From Naegleria gruberi (lineage: Eukaryota), in assembly GCA_000004985.1 (NCBI GenBank), contig GG738904.1: 64,000 nt of DNA; one strand, written 5' to 3'. Positions 44,287 through 55,238 of the stretch are shown here, piece after piece (position 1 is the first letter of the stretch; each line of letters opens with the position of its first letter). A program made the translations under genes and the position numbers. The notes beneath the pieces were generated by a model. It saw nothing but the letters and a program-made list of their open reading frames with translations, was not told the origin of the DNA and searched no databases.

Positions 44287-44877
44287 ATGTCGAACACTCT
44301 CACCATTACTGAACCTGTTGTCTATAATTCGAAACAATTGAATGTTTTGAGAGAAATAGTATTAAAATTGAAGAAGGAAGATCCCTCTCAAACAAATATT
44401 GATTTTGGAGACAAGGAACAAGTTTCGAAAATGTTGAAAAACTATTCGAAAGAATGCCACTGTCCTATCTGTTTAGAAGGAGTATTAGAGGAAGGAGGAA
44501 ATCGAATCCTTGCCTGTAAACACTTCATACACGACAATTGCCTTGATCAACTAACAGAAATTCATGGAAAAAACACAAAATGTCCAATTTGTGTTCAACC
44601 TGTATTTCCAAAAAAGGAGAATAACAAGAAACAAGAACAGAAACTAGGTACTGTCTTTTTTACATCATCTTTTTTCTTAATTACTGGCACATGTATTGCG
44701 TATATTGTAAACACACTCAACCAACCAAATTTGGTTACTGAAATTGTCAATTCGTCCACTAGTTCACAAATTGTTGAATCTTGTGCAAACCTATCTTTGG
44801 ATATTGACTATAAATCGTTTACCGATTGTATTAAGCTTGATGGTTTTTCTGGTAATTGCTATTCAACTTTTTTGTAA
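44287..44877 (+). CDS. RING-H2 finger protein with a C-terminal TM segment
   Basis: RING-H2 spacing in CPICLEGVLEEGGNRILACKHFIHDNCLDQLTEIHGKNTKCPICVQPV, plus the TM segment VFFTSSFFLITGTCIAYIV. Confidence 0.8.
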   Translation: MSNTLTITEPVVYNSKQLNVLREIVLKLKKEDPSQTNIDFGDKEQVSKMLKNYSKECHCPICLEGVLEEGGNRILACKHFIHDNCLDQLTEIHGKNTKCPICVQPVFPKKENNKKQEQKLGTVFFTSSFFLITGTCIAYIVNTLNQPNLVTEIVNSSTSSQIVESCANLSLDIDYKSFTDCIKLDGFSGNCYSTFL

Positions 44878-45000
44878 AGTTACAAATAAAGAAAACGAAA
44901 GAAATTAAAAAAAACAAAAAATAAACTTTTTAAAAAATTGTTAACAAAATTGCGAATTTTATACAAATTTATTTTAATACAAACAACTACAGACAAGTTA

Positions 45001-45043
45001 GTCACGTTTCGCACTAAGATCACGTTTGCGAAACGTGATTTCC
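45001..45043. promoter_or_regulatory. Cluster of ACGTGA-core motifs including the near-palindrome TCACGTTTGCGAAACGTGA
   Basis: The sequence is gtcacgtttcgcactaagatcacgtttgcgaaacgtgatttcc, 56-98 nt upstream of ATG 45099. Confidence 0.4.
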
Positions 45044-45098
45044 AGTCACCAGTCAATAAATTAACTTGATTGCCTATTTATTTGGCAAGCAAAAAAAA

Positions 45099-46181
45099 AT
45101 GGCAAAAGTAAGGTACTACTACAATGACCAATTCGAATCAGATGATTTACTTTCTACAACCTTCTCTTGTCAAGAATCTCCATTCCTTAATCAAGTCAAC
45201 CCTCAATTCAGAGATAACATTAATGTTCAATTGGTATTTAACAAGAAAATAATGCCACCACTTGAAAACCAATCTCTTGCTCAAATTGAATTGGAAAAAA
45301 CTTTTGATGGCTGTCAAGATGTCACAATTATTTATACTGATCTATCAAGTGATGGAAAATTTTGTGGTTACATGAAAACGTATTTGGTTTCTGGTGATGA
45401 TGAAATATTTACAAGGAATTCATTGGTTAGAAACTTGTTGGATTTGGTCAACCAGTTCGATATTCCATACGAAACAGTCTTTGAGAATTTCAGAAACCTT
45501 ATTTCTCAACGTGTTTTACATGTCAATTCCAAAAGTTCTGGTTTTTCAAAGTATTTCAATGGTAATGAAAGAAGATATATTAATGGTTTAGGTATTTTTG
45601 GTGCTTTGAAGAAACTATTCGAAACGGACAATAAGCTTTCGAATAGTTTGAGTCATTATTATGAAAAGAAGAAATTAGTTGACCGACTTTACAAACACGG
45701 AATTTATCATTATTCTTCTTTTTGTAGACTCAGTCTTATTCCACTAATTGGATTTGAAGGAAAAGAAGGTGAGAGAATTAATGTTTCGTCTCTGATACAA
45801 GCAAGAGATATCTATTCGAAACATGAACAATTGTATTTATGTGCTGATGTCGATTCAGAACTAACTATGGGTTTTCATGACATGTTGATTTCAGAATTAG
45901 CTACACAAGTTTGTGATCAGGGAGGCGAAATTCCTGAAACTGGATGCAGAATTCCAGGTTTTTTGGAAGCTTTTGGAAGATTAGGCAAGTTTCTAATAGA
46001 AAGTTGGAAGATTGGAGTAGGACTTGTTTGTTGTTTGGTAATTCCAGAGTTAATTCCTTTGGCAGCAATAGTTGTTGGAGTTTTTTGTTATTATTCTGTT
46101 TCATCATTAAAAAGAAAAGAAGTGAGAATTCTTCTAGCAAAGAAAGTCAAATCAGACGAAACTGGATCAATTTGTTTTTAA
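45099..46181 (+). CDS. Hypothetical protein with a C-terminal TM segment
   Basis: ATG at 45099 (the track start at 45066 is TTG), 360 aa. TM segment VGLVCCLVIPELIPLAAIVVGVFCYYSV. No family recognised. Confidence 0.5.
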   Translation: MAKVRYYYNDQFESDDLLSTTFSCQESPFLNQVNPQFRDNINVQLVFNKKIMPPLENQSLAQIELEKTFDGCQDVTIIYTDLSSDGKFCGYMKTYLVSGDDEIFTRNSLVRNLLDLVNQFDIPYETVFENFRNLISQRVLHVNSKSSGFSKYFNGNERRYINGLGIFGALKKLFETDNKLSNSLSHYYEKKKLVDRLYKHGIYHYSSFCRLSLIPLIGFEGKEGERINVSSLIQARDIYSKHEQLYLCADVDSELTMGFHDMLISELATQVCDQGGEIPETGCRIPGFLEAFGRLGKFLIESWKIGVGLVCCLVIPELIPLAAIVVGVFCYYSVSSLKRKEVRILLAKKVKSDETGSICF

Positions 46182-46822
46182 ACATCATGATTTAGAATAA
46201 ATGTTTCCTGCCAAGACTTTTACCAGAATTTCTATCTGGGCTACATTTCACCATCTAGTAATTAAATAGGTAGATGGTTCTGTTCAAGTAGTTTTTCAAT
46301 CATCATAAGATTTTCAAAATTCCAAACATTATCATCAGAAATATGGATAGGAGAGAACACTCTATGAGAAACTCTAGTTGAAGAATTGATTTGGAAATAG
46401 TCCACTATTTTTCAAACATTCGAATATATCTAATCCTGATTGGAGAGAATGAAACTCCAAATTGATGAAATTTATAAGAGAGGAAGATTTGGAATATTTT
46501 AGAAAGGAATCACTTGAATTATTGGAAGAAAATCAAGACGAAAGTGAAGAACCTGAGTAAGGAATATCAATTGAGGAGAATGTTAAGGGGATGATTCTTT
46601 CGAGTGTATCTACAATTATTTAAATGATGAGTAACCCATCTCATTGTATCAATCATTTTCATAATTAATAAATTAATAATTTAACTTAAACTCCGTAAGA
46701 TACTTTGTAATGTTTTTGAACACACAACTCCGTTCCGTTCCACTCGGCGATGGGGCTTTCCTTTTTCGTCTTCCGAAAAATCTAAACTCAATTATCTATA
46801 AATATCATCCTCATTCATCACT

Positions 46823-48010
46823 ATGACAAGATATTATCAAAAAAAAATGCAACAATCTATTCGTTTCGTATTGTGTTTCCTCTTAATTGCCACAACTTTC
46901 GTCTGTGGTCAATTCTCAGCTTTGGACAAGCCAGTTCATGAATTATCCTTGATTCAAAAGATTAATTCTGATTCCTCTATCAGATGGAAAGCAACCACTT
47001 ACAAGAAGTTTGAAGGAATGACCCTTCGTGAAGCTAGAAAGTATTTGGGAACTGTCATTATTTCACCAATCAATAATTTGCCAAAGAAAAAGATGCCAAA
47101 GAATTTGAAAGCTGCTTCTCATTTCGATGCTAGAGAAAAGTGGGAGGATTGTATTCATGAAATTCGTAATCAAGAAGTATGTTTTTTACAAATTTTACAA
47201 ATCAAATTTTACAAATAATTCAAAAAAAAGGAATGTGGTTCATGTTGGGCTTGTAAGTAATTTTTGTGTGAAATTTTGTGTGTGATATATATATCATGAT
47301 AGTCTCTGCATCTGAAGCCTTCTCTGATAGATTGTGTATTGCCACCAATGGAAGTGTCAATATTGTCTTGTCTCCTCAATATATGGTCTCTTGTGATGCA
47401 ACTGATTATGGTTGTGATGGTGGTTACTTGAATAATGCTTGGAATTTCTTGGCAAATACTGGTATTCCATCTGATGAATGTGTTCCATATCAATCTGGTA
47501 GTGGTCATGTCCCATCATGCTCCAAGCTTAATAAGAAGTGTCAAGATGGATCTGACATTAAATTGTACAAGGTCAGCAAAAAGTCAATTGCCAATTTGGA
47601 CAGTATTGAAGATATCCAAAAGGATATTCAAGAGAATGGATCAATACAATCAGGCTTCTCCGTATACAAGGACTTCTTCTCCTATAAGTCAGGTGTCTAT
47701 CATCATGTCACCGGTTCTTTGGCAGGTGGACATGCCATTAAGGTAATTGGTAAGTAATTTTTGAAAAAAATTAGCACTTTTTAACACTTTTCAGGATGGG
47801 GAACTACAAGTGATGGTCATGATACTCCATATTGGATTGTTGCTAACTCATGGGGAAATTCTTGGGGATTGGTAAGTTTTCAAAAAAAAAAATTTTTTTT
47901 TTTTTTTAACACATTTCCTATTATAGAAAGGATACTTCTGGATCTTGAAGGGTTCTGATGAATGTGGTATTGAATCCAATGCTTGGTCTGGTTTGCCTGA
48001 TTTGCAATAA
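46823..48010 (+). CDS. Cathepsin B-like cysteine peptidase (papain family C1A)
   Basis: Five exons: 46823..47176, 47231..47252, 47303..47749, 47795..47871, 47927..48010, all junctions in frame. It has a signal peptide (FVLCFLLIATTFVCG). The spliced active-site Cys reads ECGSCWAFSASEAFSDRLC; also GGHAIKVIGWG, YWIVANSWGNSWG and ECGIES. Confidence 0.9.
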
Positions 48011-48041
48011 TCAAATGGCCAAGACCTAAAAAATTTGTAAA

Positions 48042-49589
48042 TTACAAATCCAATGACTTTCTGAGAGCAATAAATTCTTCTCTAAAGCATTCAGCATACA
48101 TGTGAATATCTTGAATGATTCCCTTATCGCAAACTATTGATAAACCAACTCGATCGTTAAATGTCATGAGTGTGCAATTGACAGCTACTGCAGATACTAA
48201 TGGAATGAAACCAGCTCCCTGTACAATGTTTCTTCCCAACATGGTATATTTCAACTTGTCGTCTGCTTCAAAACCTTGAACGTTGGAACAGGTGAAGGTT
48301 GTTGAGGCAGCTCCCCAATTCATCAATGAAACTGCCATCTTCTTTGGAAGAAGTGCAGTTCCCAACCACAACAAGTATCTGTTAAAATAGGGCTGTGGAA
48401 GGAACTTGGCAAAATTCATGTTATTCCTCACAGTTTCAAATCTCTTCTGTGGCTCTTCAATGAGTTGAATATTGAGTGGAATGCTACCGAAAATAACGCC
48501 AACAATATTGCCACTCTGTGACTTGCTCTCAGTAGATCTGATATTCACTCCCATTCCCATTCGAGCATTTGTTGTGCTCAATAGTTTTTCCCTCTCTTGC
48601 ATGTTGGATGATTCTTTGGCACTGAGTTTCAATCTGTAACGATCGGAAGCTCCACTCAGCAAGCTCAAGAATAGGTCATTCAATTTTCCATCTAACTTTT
48701 TGGCCACCTTTTTAAATTCTGGCACTGTAAAGTACTTGTCTGTTTCATTTCTCAAATCATTCTCATCATCTCTCAATTGCTCTGTATCATTGAACCAAAT
48801 GAATGAACAAGTGACTTGACCACATTTTGGATGTTTCTTGGAAGCTCTAAACATGGTATCTGGCTCTCCCTTAACGCCAATTCCCAAAATCAAAAAGAAT
48901 GTTGCAACAAAGGCCAAAATCTTCAAAAAGAATCCAATGCAATAGCTCACCAAAGAACCCAACAATGGAATCCTGTTCAATTTTCCTGTCAAATTATTAA
49001 TAATGGTCAATGCTGAATTCCAATTGCTGTGACTACCTTTCATAATCTTGTCAAATTTACTCTGAACATATTCACTTGCCTCCTTCTCATTATCCAACAG
49101 GTCAGTTCCAACAATTTTCTGCAACAAGGTTCCATCTCCAATCCAATGATGAATTCTAAAGAATAGAATCAATCCTCTCGAATAATTTTCAATAACAATA
49201 CATTCCCATAATGGAATAACTCCCTTCACTTGTGAATTTTCCACAGGTTTGAAGGGAGAAAACAATCTTGAACCAATCAATTCACTCAAAATCTCATCCT
49301 CACTCTTTTCCTTGCTCAAATTCAACATTTCATACTTGACATGATTCTCCAAACATACTTCATCAACTCCAATATCAATATACTCTGATTCACTCACTAG
49401 AATACTTCTGAATCGAACATATCTTTGTAAAAGTCTTTCCTTTAATCGTTCTTCAAATGCTTTCCTATCAATCCGATGAATTTTCTCCTCAATATTGTTG
49501 TTGTTGTCATCTTTGGCTGATAATAAAACCAATCCTCCTACAACACATGGTGTTGTCTCGGATTCTTGCATGACCATCAATTGGGACAT
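48042..49589 (-). CDS. WS/DGAT-type O-acyltransferase (wax ester synthase/diacylglycerol acyltransferase family)
   Basis: 515-aa ORF with the HHxxxDG catalytic motif in FFRIHHWIGDGTLL, an N-terminal PCVVGGLVLL and a long C-terminal DUF1298-like region. Confidence 0.7.
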   Translation of the reverse strand: MSQLMVMQESETTPCVVGGLVLLSAKDDNNNNIEEKIHRIDRKAFEERLKERLLQRYVRFRSILVSESEYIDIGVDEVCLENHVKYEMLNLSKEKSEDEILSELIGSRLFSPFKPVENSQVKGVIPLWECIVIENYSRGLILFFRIHHWIGDGTLLQKIVGTDLLDNEKEASEYVQSKFDKIMKGSHSNWNSALTIINNLTGKLNRIPLLGSLVSYCIGFFLKILAFVATFFLILGIGVKGEPDTMFRASKKHPKCGQVTCSFIWFNDTEQLRDDENDLRNETDKYFTVPEFKKVAKKLDGKLNDLFLSLLSGASDRYRLKLSAKESSNMQEREKLLSTTNARMGMGVNIRSTESKSQSGNIVGVIFGSIPLNIQLIEEPQKRFETVRNNMNFAKFLPQPYFNRYLLWLGTALLPKKMAVSLMNWGAASTTFTCSNVQGFEADDKLKYTMLGRNIVQGAGFIPLVSAVAVNCTLMTFNDRVGLSIVCDKGIIQDIHMYAECFREEFIALRKSLDL

Positions 49590-49772
49590 TCTTTATCATT
49601 CCGAAAAATATCATATTTGTAAAAACATTTAATAATTAATAATCATCATCATCTTCTTGATACAAACCTCGTAAGTTTTCTTCTTGGTAAAACTTGGAAC
49701 GAGGTAGGGACATGAAATTTTGACATTTTTTTATTCTTTCCTTTTGTAAATGTTTGTGTTGAAATTTACTTG

Positions 49773-51695
49773 TTACATGGTTAAACATTTGGATGTTAGA
49801 CTTGATTTTTCCGGTAAACGAAAGAGAAATCTTGTTATTCCTGTATAGTGTGTTCTATCTGGTTGGATGTAATTTCTAAATTTTTTGAAAGAGTTAAAGG
49901 CCACAACATTATACGGAGCTTTGTTTTCTATCAGTAAGGTTGCATAATTTCCTGGATCCATAACTAGAACGCAATAGATATAGTCTCCATTACATATAAA
50001 GTATCTTAATTCCATGCAATCTCTCTTAAAGGTAGAAAGGATTATCTCAGATAGTTCATCACGAGTTGGTTGCAAGAAATGTAAAGGAGTTAGAGCAAGG
50101 ACAATTTGAGGTGGAAGTATAATGAGGGCCTGTTTGAGTATTTCAAGGTTTGCAAAACAATTTACAGGAGAACCTGTTAATTTGATTGTCATAGGATAGC
50201 TAACATTGAATACTTTCAAATTGATCATCCTTTCAATTGTAAAAGTATTAATCATTTCCGCATCAGCCATATAAATATTTAGATATTCCAATGAAGACAT
50301 ATTCTCCAAGTATTGTAACTCTTCTGCTTTGTACACAAAGCTATCAAGATGAAGAGCGGTCAAATTCAAATCTTGTAATGTTGACAAGTAAAATTGTTGT
50401 ACTAAATGCCTTGTGTTTTTAAGAATAAGCTCTGTCAAACGAGTTCTCTTTGGGCACTTAATTGAAGGTCCGCTGAACTCGCAACTAATAAAGTGTACCA
50501 TTTCCAATGTCTCCGACATTTCAATTATTGCCTCTGCTGACGGTACTGTGCATTCTTTAAGGATTACAACTTCTAGATTCTTCAAGCATTGATTGGTAAC
50601 TATTTTAGCATTCGAAAGTTCAAGTCTTCTCAAATGGGCAAACCTCGAAGGATACATTGTAAAGACATTGTTACGAAATTTTGTTGAAGGATTGAAAATG
50701 ATACTTTTAGAATCTACTGGGAAAATGTTTTCGTTTGCTGTTAGGGCTGCATGATCAACCCTAAAAGAAAGCACCTTATGTAGAGACAATACTTCATCGC
50801 CAGAATTGTGCATTTCAACTATTGATATGTGCATTTCCCTACAAAATTTTGAAACATCATTGAACTTGTTTAAGAATGAAATAGAAGGTACATTGAAGAA
50901 GTGGAAAGAAATCCTTCCCTTTCCTTGCAGAAAGCATGATGTGAAGAGTTCCAATAAGGCACTATTATCTGTAAATACCTCACAATTGAGAGCTATTGAA
51001 ATATTTCTCAAAGGTCGAATAAATTTACAATACTTTTCCACGTGTTCCTTGCTATACAAATACAGTGTTGTTTCAAATGTTTCCATCGATTGCATTGTTA
51101 CACACGAGTCGAGTACAACATTTGCATCCACAGATTTACCAATAAAAAGCCGTAACACTTTCAACTTTTTGAAACGATGCAAACCAGAGCACAAATACTT
51201 GGCAAATTCAGAATCCAACAAGACACTAATAGAAAGCTCACTCAGCCACTCTCCACAAGCAGAAGCAATACTATCAAACAAAGAAGGTTGAGCCTTGTTG
51301 AAGACAATTTCAACTCCCTTGAGTGTTTCCTGATGTTCTCCAATGAATGTAACCAATTCTAATAGTCTAGACTCATCAATAGGTTCGTTTGTGAGCCTGT
51401 CCGAATCACTTGCTTCAATATACTTGACAGCACTATAATACGACTTGATTCTATCCAACCTTTCATAGTTGGTAAAGGAAAACTTCCATAACAATCTACT
51501 ATAATGATAGGGTTTGTGTGCAAGTTGATGGAATTGTTGTGAACACGTAGAGAGTGTATCTAGGACAAAGAATCGATCTAGAAATTCGAAAATATTCAGA
51601 ATGACATCTTCATTGAGTTGTTGTATGAATGTTGTTGGTTTTTCCGCTTCTTGAAGAGTTTCATCGTCTAGCTGAGGATCTGTTTCTATTATCAT
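49773..51695 (-). CDS. F-box / leucine-rich-repeat protein
   Basis: F-box LNEDVILNIFEFLDRFFVLDTLSTCSQQFHQLA, followed by irregular LRR-like L..L..L units. Confidence 0.65.
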   Translation of the reverse strand: MIIETDPQLDDETLQEAEKPTTFIQQLNEDVILNIFEFLDRFFVLDTLSTCSQQFHQLAHKPYHYSRLLWKFSFTNYERLDRIKSYYSAVKYIEASDSDRLTNEPIDESRLLELVTFIGEHQETLKGVEIVFNKAQPSLFDSIASACGEWLSELSISVLLDSEFAKYLCSGLHRFKKLKVLRLFIGKSVDANVVLDSCVTMQSMETFETTLYLYSKEHVEKYCKFIRPLRNISIALNCEVFTDNSALLELFTSCFLQGKGRISFHFFNVPSISFLNKFNDVSKFCREMHISIVEMHNSGDEVLSLHKVLSFRVDHAALTANENIFPVDSKSIIFNPSTKFRNNVFTMYPSRFAHLRRLELSNAKIVTNQCLKNLEVVILKECTVPSAEAIIEMSETLEMVHFISCEFSGPSIKCPKRTRLTELILKNTRHLVQQFYLSTLQDLNLTALHLDSFVYKAEELQYLENMSSLEYLNIYMADAEMINTFTIERMINLKVFNVSYPMTIKLTGSPVNCFANLEILKQALIILPPQIVLALTPLHFLQPTRDELSEIILSTFKRDCMELRYFICNGDYIYCVLVMDPGNYATLLIENKAPYNVVAFNSFKKFRNYIQPDRTHYTGITRFLFRLPEKSSLTSKCLTM

Positions 51696-52190
51696 GATGA
51701 CGCTAATTTTTTGTTATTGTCCTTTTGTTGGAAGGATGAACAAGATAGAACAAGATTATTGGGTGTTGTTGATGTTTTTAATCCAACACTTCAGGACGTT
51801 CAACAGAATGTGATGATGAAATCACTCATAGTAATGACGTGGTTTTTTTAAAAAAAAAAATAAAAAGAATAAAAATATTTTTGATGCACAAAACTTGTAT
51901 TTTCTAAAGAACAACACATCACACTAGTATTTCCATCACAATAATTATCAGGATATAACACGATGAATATCAAGGCTATTTTTCAACACTAGTTACACTA
52001 ACCAAGGAAAATTGGACTACTTTGATTATTATTAATATCATGAAATTATTGATGATGACGATTAATTCTAATTCCTTACAGCACACATTTGATCATCACA
52101 TCATCATACATTTCCATCCTACATTGTGAGTACTCTTATATAGTAAAATAATATAACAATAATAACAACAAGTTCTCTGGCCTCCATTTC

Positions 52191-54920
52191 ATGTTTTCAT
52201 CACTGAAAGAGTTCGAAAGTTCTCCTTTCTTCTCCTTTCCCTGCAACAGCCGTTTGAATTTCATCAAAATGATCTACTCTCTGCAAACTCATGTCAAAGT
52301 GTCAGAACCCAACAGAAAAAAATACATCAACATCATGACATTTTCATCATCTCCACAACAGCAGCTGATAAGAACACTTACAACAACAATATTCATACTA
52401 TTATTCATCACATCTTTCATCCATGCCAATGTCTATGACTTTTTACATAATGCCACTATCAAGACACAATCAACAATAACAAATTATAATTCCCTGAATG
52501 CGACTATTGTAAATATACCGATTGCTTATCAAGTTTATGTAAACAAATTGGCAAAACTTCAAACAGGATCATCAACATTTGAAGATGTCTCTGATTTTAT
52601 TGGTAGTTCATTGGATTTTCTGACATCTTCAACGAATCCTAGATGTGTCATTTCACAAGATTATGACACCTTTCCAAGTATTAACAAGTATAAGGAAACG
52701 TATAATACTATTGTGAAAAGCATGTCAAATGCCTCGGATGTTTGTAATAATCCTACTGTGATTAATACGGGATCGATACCTATTGAAACGGCTCACTATT
52801 CGTATATTATTAATCAAGTTTCTCCTAGTGTGGTTATTTCTACATTAGATTCGTATGAAAAATGGTTGAATATTTTGAGAAATTCTATGGTTTCGAAGAA
52901 TACGAGACTTTCACTTTGGAATGCAACATTTAGTGATGCATTCAAGACACAACCAGTGCATAATGCACCATTTTCTTTTGATTTTGTTCCTTATTCAAAT
53001 TGGAGTAAACTCTACACAGATAGTACAATGAGAAAGGAGCTGATATCATATCTTCAGGAGGATATAGTGACGGATATGGCCTTGTTTAAGTTATTCTATT
53101 CTACACATTTGAAAAATAATGGAACTGGACTTGCTTATTCACCAATTAGTAGTAAGAGTGTAAATTGTGGCTCAATATTTACCAATTCTACACTCAGATA
53201 TCAATATCATGCAGCCATTATGAGGATTAATGCTCGATTGGCCTATTTTCTTACCAAAGCACCAACTGGATCGAGTAGAAATGTTTCTACAGTATTTAAC
53301 TTGGCACTATTCAATGCCAAAACATATTTTGATGATTCAGTTGTTTCCATTGATTATAGTTTCAATTTTGAAGCAACTAGAAGAATGTTATTCAATGGAA
53401 TATTTGATGACTTTCTTTCTCTATTCATCAAAAATCCTTCCAGCAAATATTTGACATTTACCTCATCTGATTTGCAAGATGTCTATGCTTACTTTGTTCA
53501 TCCAGCATGTTTCACTTACTATTATACCTACAGCCAATTGTATCTCAGCACAACAGACTCTACTTCACCAATAATAGCCAATGATGCCATTTACATTACA
53601 ATTGCGAGTGTTGGATTTTTAATTTTCATGACTAATTTATTTGCCTACTTTTTAGGATTTAAAATCATGACCAAGAAGAGACTCTTCTTACCATTGTCTG
53701 CTCCTCCATTCCTATTTACATTGTGCATTTTCTTTGTGTATGGAGTCAAGTCGAATATTCCAACTGAATCTTATTGGGTTCAAATGGCTTTGGCATTCTT
53801 CCCTGCTCCATTATTTATTGCCTCATATTTAGTTTCAGTTTCCAGATTTACCTATTTGAAGAATATTGAAAAGTGCACCAAGTATTGTTGCAAATCTTTG
53901 AGATTTCACAGATGCATGACCTCTAGAGGAATTTCCATATTTGCTGCATTATTTTTGACTATATTCCTCTTCATTGTTTGTGGCATTCCAATCCTGATTG
54001 TTTTAGTTGCTCTTGTCTTTTCATTTGTCAATTTCCCAACTGAAATTGTTATTTTAATGATTGCTATCCAGACAATTTTATTGCTTTTCATAGCAACTTT
54101 ATTCTTTATATTTGATTTGGCCTCCTCTGGTATCAATACAATCAAAAAGAAGGGTCTCTCCTATTATTTGGCTTTTGACGATCCATTCATGTATAGAACA
54201 GATCTCTTCTTGATGTTTATCATGTTTCTCTCGGCCATTCCTTTCATAACAGGTGCCATTCAGGATTCTTTCGATTTCTTTGTTTTGAGAAAGATTGCCT
54301 CCATCATTTATTTCCTTTGTTTCTATCTAGTTTTGGGAGGAAGTGTTTCTTTGAAATTCTGGTTTGATACCCTTTCAAAACTTGTAAGAAAGAAAACAGA
54401 TATTACTCATGACTTGCAAAAGTACATGAATGTGGAATCATTCAGAGAAATGTTCAAATCATATTGTGAAAATGAATTTTCAAGTGAAAATTATCTTTTA
54501 TATGAGGAATTGGAAAAATTACAACAGAAAGGAAAAGTCTATGAGGATGATCTTGTCAGAATTAATACATTGTACTTGGCCAATCGTGCTCAATATGAAG
54601 TCAATTTGCCATCTGTCACCAAGAGAAAGTTTAGAGAGTTATTGGAAGATTTTGACATTACTGCTTTTGAAGGAGGAAGTATTGAATCAGATTCTTCCAT
54701 TCCACTCTCAGATACATCAGGTTCCTCCTCTCAAGCACTAGTTTCCAGTCAACCAAAAAAGAAGAAATGCATCACTGTTCAACAATTGAAAGATGTTTTA
54801 GCATTTGAAGTTGTCAAAAACATGGTCGACACTTACAGTAGATTGGAATTGACTTCTGAATTTAACAAATGGAAAGAATTGAATGATTTTAAAGCAGAAC
54901 AAATGGGAGTCGATGTTTAA
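52191..54920 (+). CDS. Seven-transmembrane protein with a C-terminal RGS domain (7TM-RGS) and a large N-terminal ectodomain
   Basis: About 7 hydrophobic helices between aa 470 and 740. C-terminal RGS: FREMFKSYCENEFSSENYLLYEELEKL...YEVNLPSVTKRKFRELL. An alternative ATG at 52335 gives a signal-peptide-like start (TTIFILLFITSFIHA). Confidence 0.7.
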   Translation: MFSSLKEFESSPFFSFPCNSRLNFIKMIYSLQTHVKVSEPNRKKYINIMTFSSSPQQQLIRTLTTTIFILLFITSFIHANVYDFLHNATIKTQSTITNYNSLNATIVNIPIAYQVYVNKLAKLQTGSSTFEDVSDFIGSSLDFLTSSTNPRCVISQDYDTFPSINKYKETYNTIVKSMSNASDVCNNPTVINTGSIPIETAHYSYIINQVSPSVVISTLDSYEKWLNILRNSMVSKNTRLSLWNATFSDAFKTQPVHNAPFSFDFVPYSNWSKLYTDSTMRKELISYLQEDIVTDMALFKLFYSTHLKNNGTGLAYSPISSKSVNCGSIFTNSTLRYQYHAAIMRINARLAYFLTKAPTGSSRNVSTVFNLALFNAKTYFDDSVVSIDYSFNFEATRRMLFNGIFDDFLSLFIKNPSSKYLTFTSSDLQDVYAYFVHPACFTYYYTYSQLYLSTTDSTSPIIANDAIYITIASVGFLIFMTNLFAYFLGFKIMTKKRLFLPLSAPPFLFTLCIFFVYGVKSNIPTESYWVQMALAFFPAPLFIASYLVSVSRFTYLKNIEKCTKYCCKSLRFHRCMTSRGISIFAALFLTIFLFIVCGIPILIVLVALVFSFVNFPTEIVILMIAIQTILLLFIATLFFIFDLASSGINTIKKKGLSYYLAFDDPFMYRTDLFLMFIMFLSAIPFITGAIQDSFDFFVLRKIASIIYFLCFYLVLGGSVSLKFWFDTLSKLVRKKTDITHDLQKYMNVESFREMFKSYCENEFSSENYLLYEELEKLQQKGKVYEDDLVRINTLYLANRAQYEVNLPSVTKRKFRELLEDFDITAFEGGSIESDSSIPLSDTSGSSSQALVSSQPKKKKCITVQQLKDVLAFEVVKNMVDTYSRLELTSEFNKWKELNDFKAEQMGVDV

Positions 54921-55238
54921 TCCTCAATCTTTCAATAAAAAGTTTGACAAATTTCAAAATATTTAAATATTTGAATAAGTTCATAGATTCGAATTTCGGC
55001 AACATCATCTCGTACACAAAATCTCTCACTATTGCAAAGCACGATCGCTCAAAAAACCAAATAACCACAGCGCCAAAGCATCCTTATTTGGAAAAACTAA
55101 TATCCGTCATCGCACGCTCACCATTTCGGGGAATATATTACAGAGAAAGAATCGACCAACAAATAATTGAAATAAATTCCTCACCTTCTCCAAGGAGAAA
55201 TTCCCAACAATTTGAAAAAAAACAAAGAAAACATCGTC

